Part shown: piece after piece, positions 49,993 through 59,180 of the stretch
How the letters are laid out: every line of letters begins with the position of its first letter
How positions within the stretch are numbered: position 1 is the stretch's first letter
Source of the DNA: an uncultured Gammaproteobacteria bacterium
Lineage (GTDB): Bacteria > Patescibacteriota > Patescibacteriia > CAYZDG01
NCBI GenBank assembly: GCA_964536515.1
Contig: CAZHXI010000005.1
Span: 2,178-66,177 of the forward strand
Reading direction: 5' to 3'
DNA length: 64,000 nucleotides
Notes under the pieces: model-generated
Databases searched by the model: none
What the model was told of the DNA's origin: nothing
What the model saw: the letters and a program-made list of their open reading frames with translations, nothing else
Translations under genes and position numbers: made by a program

Positions 49993-50112
49993 GGCTCACC
50001 TCCTGTTGTGAACGTGCCCTGCTTTCCCTCGCTCTACGCCAAGAATTGAAAAATGTCAATGGTGCTGCGGCAGCGCTCGCACTCCATAAGCATTATCTGG
50101 TAGCTTTCTTCT

Positions 50113-53100
50113 ATGCCCAATGAGATGGACAAGGCCTACGAGGCCGCGACGTGGGAGCCCCGCCTGTACCGGGCGTGGGAGGAGGCTGGCCTATTCAATC
50201 CCGACGAGCTGCCGGGCAAGCGGAGGGGCACCTGGAGCTGCGTGCTGCCCCCGCCCAACGCCACCGGCATCCTGCACGCCGGCCACGTGGTAATGGTGGC
50301 CTACCAAGACGCCCTGGCTCGATTCGAACGGCTGCGCGGCAAGAGGGTGCTGTGGATGCCGGGAACGGACCACGCCGCCATTGCCACCCAGGCGGCGGTG
50401 GAGAAGAAGATTCTGAAGGCCGAGGGCAAGACCAGGCACGACCTGGGCCGCGAGGCTTTCCTGCAGCGGGTGCACGAGTTCGTAGCTAGCTCGCAGGGCA
50501 CCATCCGCCAGCAGCTACGCGCCACCGGCGCCAGCCTAGACTGGTCGCGCGAAGCGTTCACTCTGGACGAGCCACGGGCGGCAGCCGTACGCGCCGCCTT
50601 CAAGAAGCTGTACGACGACGAGCTCATCTACCGCGGACTGCGGGTGGTGAACTGGTGCACGCGGTGCGGCTCTACGTTAGCGGACGACGAGGTAGAGCAC
50701 GGCGACGGAACCACGGGCACGCTGTACGTAATCCAGTACGGCCCGGTGCAGGTGGCGACGACGCGACCCGAGACCAAGCTGGGCGACACCGGCCTAGCCG
50801 TGCACCCGAGCGACGACCGCTACACAAAGCTCGTCGGCCAGACGTTGGAAGTTTCGCTGGCCGGCCACCAGGTTAAGGTGCAGGTGTTCGCAGACCGCGA
50901 GGTAGACCCGGCGTTCGGCACGGGCGTGGTGGGCGTTACCCCGGCGCACAGCGCCACGGACGAGCGCATGGCCCAGCGCCACGGCCTGCCCAGCATCCAG
51001 GTGATCGGCGAGGACGGCAAAATGACGGCAGCCGCCGGCAAGTACGCGGGCCTGCCGGTAGCCGAGGCGCGTGCTGCCTTCGTAGCCGACCTTAAAGCCA
51101 GCGGCCAGCTGCTGGAGGAACGCGAGCACCCCATGAGCGTGGGCGTATGCTACCGCTGCGGCACCGCCGTGGAACCCCTACCCAAGGAGCAGTGGTTCGT
51201 GGCGGTAGACAGGAAGCCGAAGAGCGGTGGGCTGACATTCAAGCAGCGCCTGGCCAAGGCCGTGGACGGCAAGCACATTGCCTTCACCCCGCAGCGCTTC
51301 GAGCAGACGTACCGCCAGTGGGCCGAGAACCTGCACGACTGGTGCATCAGCCGGCAGATTTGGTACGGCCACCGCGTGCCAGCCTTCCACTACTCCGACG
51401 GGGCCGTAGCCGTGCCCAAGGAAGCCCCGGTAGAGGTGCTGTGGACGCGCCACGGCTCCACCGAGATGACCGAGCAGACAATTATCCAGGGCTCCGGGAA
51501 AGCAACGGATACCCCCCTCTCGGATGAAGGTCGCCGCGAAGCCGATCACCTCGCTGCATCACTGAAGGATTCTGGCGTACAGGTGATCCTGTGTTCGCCG
51601 CTGAAGCGTGCGCAGGAAACGGCTGCCGCTGTCGCCGCAGCGCTCGGCCTGAAGGTTACCACCGAGCCGCTGCTTACCGAGCGTAACTACGGCGCCGCAG
51701 AGGGTAAGGCTATGTCGGAGGTTGAGCGAGACTTCCCGGCCTACGCCGAGCACCGCCGTACCGCAGTAATCACCGGAGCCGAGACAGCTGAGGCCCTAGA
51801 GAAACGGGCCCTCAAGCTCTTCGCCAAGCTTCACGCTGACTACGCCGGCAAGAAGGTTCTGTGCGTTACCCACAACGGCTTGCTGCGCGCTGCACTGCAC
51901 CACCTTACGGGCAAAGAGATGGAGACTACAGCTGAGCGCATTCCCCCAGCAGACGTCTGCATCGGCTGCCGCACTACCCTCGCCGGACCCAGCCCCAAGA
52001 CAGGCACCTGGAGCTGCCGACAGGACCCCGACACGCTGGATACCTGGTTCTCTTCCAGCCTGTGGACCTTCTCCACCCTGGGCTGGCCCAGCAAGACCGC
52101 AGACCTAAAGACGTACCACCCCACCGACATCCTGGAGACGGGCTACGAGATCATTTCGACGTGGGTGAGCCGCATGGTAATGCTGTCGCACTACCTGCTG
52201 GACCAGTGGCCGTTCCAGCGCGTGTACCTGCACGGCATCGTCCGCGATGCCCAGGGCCGCAAGATGAGCAAGTCTCTGGGCAACGGCATAGACCCGCTTG
52301 AGATTATTCCCAAGTACGGCGCCGATGCGCTGCGCCTGGCCCTTACCGCCAACGCCACCCCGGGCGTGGACATGAAGCTTTCAGAGGAAAAAATTGCGGG
52401 CTTTAGGAACTTCGCCAACAAGCTGTGGAACATCGGCCGGTTCGTAATGCACGCCGCACCAGGTACCAAGCCGACGTGGAAGGCGCCCAAGGCCAAGACT
52501 CCCGCCGAGGAGTGGATCCTGGCCAAGCTGCACTCGGCCATTGCGGACGTAACGGCAGACCTAGAGAACCTACGGTTCAGCCACGCGGTGGAGACATTGC
52601 AGCGCTTTACCTGGGATGAGCTGGCAGACTGGTACCTGGAGGTGGCCAAGCTGCAGCCCAACCCCGATCTGCTGGCCTACCTGCTCACCCAGACCCTGGT
52701 GGCCTGGCACCCGTTCTGCCCGTTCGTTACCGAGGCGGTGTGGGAGCACTTCGCGCAGCCGCAGAAGCCAGAGGACCTGCTGATCGTACAGAGGTGGCCG
52801 GAGGTAGGATTCAGGATTAAGGATTCAGATGGATTGATATTCGACAATGTTGTTCGGATTATTACCGAACTGCGCTCCCAACGATCTGCTGCAAATATCG
52901 TTCCCACTGAGCATATATTTGTAACTATAGTCGGTAATGATCGCGGGCTTGATGCGTTGCGTCTAAATCTCGAAATTATAAATAGACTAGCTCGTGCGGA
53001 AACAAGATTAGAGAAAGATCCTATGCCCGATCAACCAACGGCTGAACTTCTAGGGTACAAAATATACTGCAAGCTCCCGCCGAAGGATCCGACACGGGTC

Positions 53101-53253
53101 ACGAAAGAAAAGGATGAATTAGAAAAGTATATCGCTAGCCTGCAGGCCAAGCTGGCTGACGAGGGCTTCACCGGCCGTGCCCCGGCAGCGGTGGTTGAAG
53201 AGCAGCGCCGCAAGCTAGCCGAGGCCCAAGCAAAGCTGCAGCAGCTGGGATAA
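50113..53253 (+). CDS. valS: valyl-tRNA synthetase with an inserted histidine-phosphatase (PGAM-like) domain
   Basis: HIGH-like PPPNATGILHAGH and KMSKS motifs, CP1 editing region; a ~170-aa insert between GHRVPAFHY and DTLDTWFSS carries RHG, SPLKRAQETA, TERNYG and VTHNG. Confidence 0.85.
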   Translation: MPNEMDKAYEAATWEPRLYRAWEEAGLFNPDELPGKRRGTWSCVLPPPNATGILHAGHVVMVAYQDALARFERLRGKRVLWMPGTDHAAIATQAAVEKKILKAEGKTRHDLGREAFLQRVHEFVASSQGTIRQQLRATGASLDWSREAFTLDEPRAAAVRAAFKKLYDDELIYRGLRVVNWCTRCGSTLADDEVEHGDGTTGTLYVIQYGPVQVATTRPETKLGDTGLAVHPSDDRYTKLVGQTLEVSLAGHQVKVQVFADREVDPAFGTGVVGVTPAHSATDERMAQRHGLPSIQVIGEDGKMTAAAGKYAGLPVAEARAAFVADLKASGQLLEEREHPMSVGVCYRCGTAVEPLPKEQWFVAVDRKPKSGGLTFKQRLAKAVDGKHIAFTPQRFEQTYRQWAENLHDWCISRQIWYGHRVPAFHYSDGAVAVPKEAPVEVLWTRHGSTEMTEQTIIQGSGKATDTPLSDEGRREADHLAASLKDSGVQVILCSPLKRAQETAAAVAAALGLKVTTEPLLTERNYGAAEGKAMSEVERDFPAYAEHRRTAVITGAETAEALEKRALKLFAKLHADYAGKKVLCVTHNGLLRAALHHLTGKEMETTAERIPPADVCIGCRTTLAGPSPKTGTWSCRQDPDTLDTWFSSSLWTFSTLGWPSKTADLKTYHPTDILETGYEIISTWVSRMVMLSHYLLDQWPFQRVYLHGIVRDAQGRKMSKSLGNGIDPLEIIPKYGADALRLALTANATPGVDMKLSEEKIAGFRNFANKLWNIGRFVMHAAPGTKPTWKAPKAKTPAEEWILAKLHSAIADVTADLENLRFSHAVETLQRFTWDELADWYLEVAKLQPNPDLLAYLLTQTLVAWHPFCPFVTEAVWEHFAQPQKPEDLLIVQRWPEVGFRIKDSDGLIFDNVVRIITELRSQRSAANIVPTEHIFVTIVGNDRGLDALRLNLEIINRLARAETRLEKDPMPDQPTAELLGYKIYCKLPPKDPTRVTKEKDELEKYIASLQAKLADEGFTGRAPAAVVEEQRRKLAEAQAKLQQLG

Positions 53254-53272
53254 TTACCTATCGACATTGAAT

Positions 53273-53312
53273 AGAGCCGCCCGTTAGGGCGGCTCTCGAT
53301 TTCCTTGCTTTG
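53273..53312 (+). terminator. rho-independent terminator after valS (AGAGCCGCCC/GGGCGGCTCT followed by a T-rich tail)
   Basis: Inverted repeat plus a T-rich tail. Confidence 0.5.
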
Positions 53313-53351
53313 CTCAGCGGTAATCAACAAAAACGCCATGATCCATGAGTC

Positions 53352-53948
53352 TTATTCCGTGGAGATTTCCCCATTCTCGCCCTCAACCCATTCAATACGA
53401 TGGAGGACAAATCCTGCCGCGGGGTGATTAGGTAGCCCCTCCAACGCCTCACGTAGTCCATCGGTGACTCTCACCCTTAGATGAACCTGGGGTGAGTATG
53501 CAGCCGGCGAGGTACTGGGAATCCCAAACGACAGCAAGTTCACGCTTTCGACTGGTCGCATAATATGGCTGTCCAGTAATAGTGGCAGAGGAAACTCCTG
53601 CACCATACTCCCCGGCCTCTCCCCCTCTCTCCAATTAGGGCTAGGCAGCAGGGTAGATCGCCCGAGAATAAAAGCTAACTTGACCGAGTTTAGTGCTCGA
53701 GTATCCACGAGACCCTGGAGGGTCAGGTCTGAGAACGATGGCGGCACAATTCGGCGCCAATGTTCTGCATTCATAATTACGGATCCTGACGGGTGGCCAG
53801 AGAGCTTCAGCTGAATTGTGCCCCCGCAGTACACCTCTATTGCTGCTACCTGCTGCTCGATTCTTATCTCAGAAGACATTGGAAAACCTCTTATGTTATG
53901 TAACGTTCGAATGGACACATACTTAGCCCGTCTAGACCCCCACGTCAA
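53352..53948 (-). CDS. hypothetical protein in a low-GC patch
   Basis: 198 aa, no motifs; GC ~52%. Confidence 0.35.
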   Translation of the reverse strand: MTWGSRRAKYVSIRTLHNIRGFPMSSEIRIEQQVAAIEVYCGGTIQLKLSGHPSGSVIMNAEHWRRIVPPSFSDLTLQGLVDTRALNSVKLAFILGRSTLLPSPNWREGERPGSMVQEFPLPLLLDSHIMRPVESVNLLSFGIPSTSPAAYSPQVHLRVRVTDGLREALEGLPNHPAAGFVLHRIEWVEGENGEISTE

Positions 53949-53977
53949 GGATAAACGACCCGTAATCGAACCGGCCT

Positions 53978-54020
53978 ATTAGAAAGGGCCGCCCTTTGGG
54001 CGGCCCGCTGCTTTGTTCAC
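53978..54020 (-). terminator. terminator hairpin GGGCCGCCC/GGGCGGCCC downstream of pyrF (minus strand)
   Basis: Stem followed by TTTCT on the minus strand. Confidence 0.45.
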
Positions 54021-54024
54021 ACTG

Positions 54025-54849
54025 TTAAACGACGTACGTCTTAATGATCTCGTTCCACCTTTCCACCTTTGCCGCAGCGTGGGTCGCAAGTTCCACGCCT
54101 TCCGGCGGAAACATAATCGGCCTGCCCCCGACGATTAGGAACCGTCCGGTGCTCACCCTGGACTCGAGTGCGTGGAACAGCGCCGAGCCATTCGCCTTCT
54201 GCGCTCCGTACCCTGGAATAAGCAGGGGCATCTTCCCGTTCGCCAAGGCGGCGTACTCCACCGCGGGGGCAAAGTCGGCCGTTACGACCACGCCGCAGGT
54301 ACACCCAACATTGAACAGGTTCGCGGCATTGTCTACCACCTGCTGCCAAACCTTCTTGCCCTTCAGCAGCTGCGCCGTGTGAACCTCACCAATGTCATTG
54401 GGTTTGCCCATGAGGGCGCACAGGAAGACGAATCCTGAATCCAAGAGAACGCGGTAGCCGTTAACCTCTCCGTAGGGAACGGCGGTAGCCGCATCGCAGC
54501 CGAGGGCTTTGAATGTGGCACGAGCCTGCGCCTCGGCGGTGTGGCCGACGTCTGCCCACTTGGCATCCAGAATCAGTGGCACTTCGGGGTACCTGTCCCG
54601 AATGTACGCAATGACCTTGTCCATAGCCATTAACCCGGATATTCCGAACCGCCAAAAGAAACTAGGGTTAACCTTGAATGCTCCGACGATCGGGGCAACG
54701 GCGTCTACCACCTTGCAGCAGTAGTAGAAGAGCTGCGGCTCGACACCCAGCTTAGTCCTTGGGTCTAGCGCCCTATCGTCAACGTCTAGGCTTACGCACA
54801 CCGCGAACCCCCGTCTCCAGCGGGCATCTAATTTCTCTAGAAACGTCAC
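54025..54849 (-). CDS. pyrF: orotidine-5'-phosphate decarboxylase (type 2) PyrF
   Basis: LILDAKWADVGHT (D.K..DIG.T motif) and 274-aa length fit the type-2 OMP decarboxylase. Confidence 0.6.
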   Translation of the reverse strand: MTFLEKLDARWRRGFAVCVSLDVDDRALDPRTKLGVEPQLFYYCCKVVDAVAPIVGAFKVNPSFFWRFGISGLMAMDKVIAYIRDRYPEVPLILDAKWADVGHTAEAQARATFKALGCDAATAVPYGEVNGYRVLLDSGFVFLCALMGKPNDIGEVHTAQLLKGKKVWQQVVDNAANLFNVGCTCGVVVTADFAPAVEYAALANGKMPLLIPGYGAQKANGSALFHALESRVSTGRFLIVGGRPIMFPPEGVELATHAAAKVERWNEIIKTYVV

Positions 54850-54983
54850 TTGAATACCTCGCTACTTGTTAAGGAATGTTTATGATTCAATCGGCCTACC
54901 CTATCCCCGCGCAGCGTGGGAGTCAAGGCTAGAAAACAGGCCCCACGTTTCCGTGGGGCCTAACTATCGGTTGTCGCTACGTA

Positions 54984-56300
54984 CTACGCAGCGAGGTTGC
55001 AGAGTGCGTGGAACTGCTCGGTCGAGAATGCCTCGACCATCACTGCATCATCAATGAATGCGCGACGGGCTTCCTCCAAGCTCTTCGGCAAGCTGGGCAA
55101 TCCACCACGCTCGTAGGCATTCCAGGTAACCAGTTTCGGCATCTTCAACTTCCGTTTGACACCATCGAGGCCAGCTTCCACCATGGCAGTGAACAACGCG
55201 TAGGCGTGTGTCCCCTCGGGGGAGGGCGCTCGGAACTCAATATGGTATGAACCCCAATCGCTGCCCGTCAGCCTCAGTGGAACCGTGCGGTTTGCCCAGC
55301 CGACGCCGTTGCCCACCGGGGCTTCGAACCCGACCACGCGAATCCGCCGGTAGCACTCGTCGAAGAGGTTACCCAAGAACGTCAGGGCAGGCGCGTGCTC
55401 GTACATGCCGGCTACAAAGCAAGCTCCCCACTTAGTCAGCGAGCTATCTTGGTTGAAGATGGCGTTACCGCCACCATCCACCAACGAAGCGCTGATGTGG
55501 GTGTGCTCTCCGGAGCCATTCCATCCGTTCACCGGCTTAGCTGAAAAATCGACCACGTAGCCAAGCAGGTCTGCAATTCTGGGTAAGCCCGTCCGCAGAA
55601 CCATGAAGTCTTCGGCCGCTCGCACCGGATTGGATGCAATGGTATTCAGCTCCCACTGGCGGTAGCTTACCTCGGTATGCCCCACGGTCAGGGCTAGGCC
55701 ATCCAGCGCCAGGTACTGCTTAATCTGCTGGAAAACATCGAAGTCCGGAGCACGGTGAGGCAGCTGCTGGTAGTTACCCTTCGGCCCCATTCCGGGAACA
55801 TAGGGATCCTCCAGGTTCGTCCCCTTGGCATAGAGGAAGAACTCGGTCTCGTAGCCGCCGAGGAACCTTACCCCGTGCTCCTCCTCCGCATTCGCCAGTG
55901 AAGCCTGGAGGCGTGTACGGAAGCAACCGGGATTATCACGGTACTTGCCGCTCGCGCGGTGGGGGTTACGGGCGTTGCCGAATCCAATTGCTACACCTGG
56001 GTACCCAGGCAGTCGCCGAACAGAGGTTGGGTCCACGAAGATGCGCACGTCCGAGTCGTTAATTTTGCTGTACGGGGGAATGCTACTGCCGTCGGTGCTC
56101 TGGCCGTGGTTGCAAATATTGAGTAGCTCATTCACCGAAACGAATGGTCCACGTGGTTCGCCCGAAGCGTCCACAATCACGGGAATCAACGTGTGCACCC
56201 CCCTGGCTGTCAGCCATTCGCGGAGCTGCTTGGGATCATGGGGCGGCTGCTCGGGCACCGAGAATGGTCGCGGCAAGTAAGCCGCATCTGGCTTAGTCAT
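54984..56300 (-). CDS. glutamine synthetase family protein (type I-like / gamma-glutamyl ligase)
   Basis: GSGEHTHIS matches the GS ATP-binding signature; beta-grasp N-terminus. Confidence 0.7.
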   Translation of the reverse strand: MTKPDAAYLPRPFSVPEQPPHDPKQLREWLTARGVHTLIPVIVDASGEPRGPFVSVNELLNICNHGQSTDGSSIPPYSKINDSDVRIFVDPTSVRRLPGYPGVAIGFGNARNPHRASGKYRDNPGCFRTRLQASLANAEEEHGVRFLGGYETEFFLYAKGTNLEDPYVPGMGPKGNYQQLPHRAPDFDVFQQIKQYLALDGLALTVGHTEVSYRQWELNTIASNPVRAAEDFMVLRTGLPRIADLLGYVVDFSAKPVNGWNGSGEHTHISASLVDGGGNAIFNQDSSLTKWGACFVAGMYEHAPALTFLGNLFDECYRRIRVVGFEAPVGNGVGWANRTVPLRLTGSDWGSYHIEFRAPSPEGTHAYALFTAMVEAGLDGVKRKLKMPKLVTWNAYERGGLPSLPKSLEEARRAFIDDAVMVEAFSTEQFHALCNLAA

Positions 56301-56396
56301 CTAGTACTCCTATGGTTTGCTGTTGGTGACGTATCTTATCTGAATCGTTTTGGTAACGGCTAAAAACGCACTCTATCAAAGTGCTATGGGCACAGG

Positions 56397-56584
56397 TTAC
56401 CGGCCGAACAAGGGTACGTCAAACACGGCCACGGGGTGACCTGGGCGTAGAAATGATATTGGAAGCCCTTCGGCTCCCTCCGGTCGCTCAGGACATTCGA
56501 CTCGCCTCGAGAAAAGCGTGGTCGAAGCCCCACCGGGGGCGTAGACCATGAGCGAGACCTGAGCGAAGCTCAGGGCGAGTCGAA
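56397..56584 (-). ncRNA. candidate structured ncRNA adjacent to tRNA-Lys (unclassified)
   Basis: Non-coding 190 nt with nested helices (CGACTCGCC/GGCGAGTCG; CTGAGC-TTCG-GCTCAG; CCCCGGTGGGG); weak resemblance to the SRP RNA domain IV motif CCGGAGGGAGCCGAAGG. Confidence 0.25.
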
Positions 56585-56660
56585 TGGTGGGCGCAGAAGG
56601 AATCGAACCTTCAACCTTGGGCTTAAGAGGCCCCTGCTCTGCCAATTGAGCTATGCGCCC
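56585..56660 (-). tRNA. tRNA-Lys (anticodon CTT), CCA encoded
   Basis: Manual cloverleaf: acceptor GGGCGCA/TGCGCCC, anticodon loop CTCTTAA, T-loop TTCGATT. Confidence 0.85.
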
Positions 56661-56706
56661 GTAGGAATCTGCAAGACAGACATCATTACCGAACTTCGCC
56701 GAACAA

Positions 56707-57627
56707 TCAAGGCCGGAGGGTGCCTACGGTCTGGGCGAGGCCGTCGGCGAGGGCCACGCTGGCGCGCCAGCCCAGCAGCTGCTGCGCCCGGGTAACGTCC
56801 GCCAGGCTGTGGCGAACCTCGGGTACCGCCGGCCCGTGGCTTGGCTCAATCGTTACACCCATTACCTTGGCTAGGGTGGCCAGCAGCTGGTTAACGCTCA
56901 CGCTGCTACCCGTACCGATATTAACCGGACCATCTAGATCTACGGTTGCAGCACGGATGTAGGCTTGCACCACGTCGGCGACGAACACGAAGTCACGGGT
57001 CTGCTCGCCGTCGCCGTAGATGGTTACGGGCTGCCCCGCCGCCAGCCTGCCGGCGAACTTGCTAATTACCCCGGCGTACTCGCTGTCTGGCCGCTGTCGC
57101 GAGCCGTACACATTGAAGCAACGCAGCGCCAAGCCAACCACCCCACGCTGCCGGTACTCGGCGATAGCCCGCTCCCCCGCCAGCTTGTGCTCGGCGTAGG
57201 GCGATAGCGGCTGCGGCTCCATGCTCTCCACGTGCGGCGCCGGCTGGCTGCCGTACACCGCGGCGCTAGAGGCGAGAATGAACCTGCTACCATGCTTCCG
57301 ACAGGCCTCCAGCACGTTCATGGTTCCGTCCACGTTCACGCGACGGGTACCCTCGGGGTCGGCAATGGACTGCTGCACCGAGGGGATGGCTGCCAAATGA
57401 AACGTAGCCTGCACCGGCTCGACGTACAGGTCATCCAGCGGCTCGGTTACGCTGCGGCGGATGACCGTTAGGTTGCGGTTGCCGCCGTGCTGGGCCAGGT
57501 TCTGCTCCAGGCCGGTAGAGAAGTCGTCCACCACCGTAACCACGTGGCCGTCTGCCAGCAGTCGGTCCACCAGGTGGCTGCCGATGAACCCAGCTCCGCC
57601 GGTAACGATGTAGTTCATACACCACAA
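56707..57627 (-). CDS. NAD-dependent epimerase/dehydratase (UDP-glucose 4-epimerase GalE-like)
   Basis: MNYIVTGGAGFIGSHL Rossmann fold and a YxxxK site. Confidence 0.85.
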   Translation of the reverse strand: MWCMNYIVTGGAGFIGSHLVDRLLADGHVVTVVDDFSTGLEQNLAQHGGNRNLTVIRRSVTEPLDDLYVEPVQATFHLAAIPSVQQSIADPEGTRRVNVDGTMNVLEACRKHGSRFILASSAAVYGSQPAPHVESMEPQPLSPYAEHKLAGERAIAEYRQRGVVGLALRCFNVYGSRQRPDSEYAGVISKFAGRLAAGQPVTIYGDGEQTRDFVFVADVVQAYIRAATVDLDGPVNIGTGSSVSVNQLLATLAKVMGVTIEPSHGPAVPEVRHSLADVTRAQQLLGWRASVALADGLAQTVGTLRP

Positions 57628-57698
57628 CCTAACCTAGGGGTGGTAGCCTGTCGAGTAGTTCAATGGGCCCGACGATCGGCGGGCCCACTTTCATTTCC

Positions 57699-58265
57699 TT
57701 AGGCTGGCACACCAGCTCCACGCTCCACCTGTTCAAGGTAACGTGCCGCTCGTTCGGTAAGAACGGATAGCGAGGTAACCCTAACTCCCGTCATTCTGAA
57801 CGGAGCGTCGTTCTGCAGCAGCCATGGCAATGCGCCACAGAATTTACCTGGCAAAGATTTCAGGGGGACCTCTAGCCTTCCGCTGCAGCCGCAACGAGAC
57901 CCGATCTCTGGCGCCAGCACCACGCACGTTTCTGGAGGCTCGGTAACATCTACCACCTCGAACCTCACCTGGTCCACGTTCCGCTTGTACCTACGCCTGC
58001 CCTCTCGGCTGGTTCCGCCCTCCAGATCGATCGCCACGGAGTACCATAGGTTCTCCGAGGGCTCGCCCAGGGGAAGGATGCCCATCCTCTGGCAAATACT
58101 GGGCGAGAGCTGGAGCCAGCTCTTTTTACCCTCGAACCTAACCGTGCCGTTTCGCGTCGAACAATCGACGCTGGGACAAAATACCAATGGAACCATCTGC
58201 AGGCTCCTGAATAGCTTCTTCACCGTGGCACCTCCTGTGCTAGGTATTGAATTAATGAGCTTCAC
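57699..58265 (-). CDS. hypothetical Cys-rich protein in a lower-GC patch
   Basis: 188 aa, several CxxC-like pairs; GC ~55%. Confidence 0.3.
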   Translation of the reverse strand: MKLINSIPSTGGATVKKLFRSLQMVPLVFCPSVDCSTRNGTVRFEGKKSWLQLSPSICQRMGILPLGEPSENLWYSVAIDLEGGTSREGRRRYKRNVDQVRFEVVDVTEPPETCVVLAPEIGSRCGCSGRLEVPLKSLPGKFCGALPWLLQNDAPFRMTGVRVTSLSVLTERAARYLEQVERGAGVPA

Positions 58266-58341
58266 TGGTATTATTCGCTCCCGGTATGGTACGTCAAGGT
58301 AGCCTCGTCAGCTCGGACGAGTACCCGAGACCCGCTCCCAC

Positions 58342-59037
58342 CTACGCTGCGTGGCTGCCCACGCGGATAATGAACGTCGGCTCGGGCTTGGGGTGCTGCA
58401 GGTTGGCCACGATGCGCGCCGCCACGTCTGCCGGCTCCAGGTACGAATCGTAGTCTGCCGGACGCTCGGAGCCGAATAGGTCTGTCTTCATCCTATCGGT
58501 GTACACGCCCACTACCGCCACCCCGCTGGGGGCCAGCTCCAGGCGTAGCGACTCGGTTAGCCCGCGCACTGCGAACTTGCTGCTGCTGTAGCCAGACTCG
58601 TCCGGCTTGCCCTCCAGCGCAGCGGCCGAGACGACGTTCACAATTGCGCCGCTGCCCTGGGCCCGCATGGCAGACGCCGCGGCGCGGCAGCCGAAGAACG
58701 AGCCTAGGAAGTTCACCTCCACCATCCTTCGTACCAACGCCACGTCCTGCTTCTCTATTGGCGCGTGCGGCGCCCACAGCCCGGCGTTGTTGACCCATAC
58801 GTCCAGGCGGCCCAGCTGCTGCGTAGCAGCCTGCCCCAGAGCTTCCACCTGGGCTTGGTCGGTTACATCAGCCGCAATAGCCGTGCAGCCCAGCTCCGCC
58901 GCCGCTGCCTCTAGCTCTGCTCCCGGCAGGCCGCTGATGGCGACCTTGGCTCCAGCGGCCAGGAATGCCCTAGCTAGCTCTTTGCCTAGGCCCCGGCTGG
59001 CTCCGGTAATGACGACTCCTGCATTCTGTAGATTCAT
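58342..59037 (-). CDS. SDR-family oxidoreductase
   Basis: TGASRGLG cofactor motif; the track ORF 58342..59079 runs into tRNA-Arg, so the start was set at MNLQNAG. Confidence 0.85.
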   Translation of the reverse strand: MNLQNAGVVITGASRGLGKELARAFLAAGAKVAISGLPGAELEAAAAELGCTAIAADVTDQAQVEALGQAATQQLGRLDVWVNNAGLWAPHAPIEKQDVALVRRMVEVNFLGSFFGCRAAASAMRAQGSGAIVNVVSAAALEGKPDESGYSSSKFAVRGLTESLRLELAPSGVAVVGVYTDRMKTDLFGSERPADYDSYLEPADVAARIVANLQHPKPEPTFIIRVGSHAA

Positions 59038-59046
59038 AGTTTTGAG

Positions 59047-59121
59047 TGGTGCCCCCGGAGGGAATCGAACCCCCATCACTGGTTCCGAAGACCAGCACTT
59101 TATCCGTTAAGCTACGGGGGC
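59047..59121 (-). tRNA. tRNA-Arg (anticodon TCG), CCA encoded
   Basis: Manual cloverleaf: acceptor GCCCCCG/CGGGGGC, anticodon loop CTTCGGA, T-loop TTCGATT. Confidence 0.8.
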
Positions 59122-59180
59122 AAGGTGCGGAGTTTACCCCGAGCGAGCTTCGCGAGCCGAGGGGGGTGCCCGCAGCTGTT

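Noticed and set aside
56397-56584. Confident SRP (4.5S) RNA call
   Set aside because: Only a loose resemblance to the domain IV motif; the GNRA tetraloop and the symmetric-loop consensus are not clearly present. It is kept only as an unclassified ncRNA candidate.
56397-56645. 82-aa minus-strand ORF
   Set aside because: It overlaps tRNA-Lys and the structured non-coding region, so it is not a gene.
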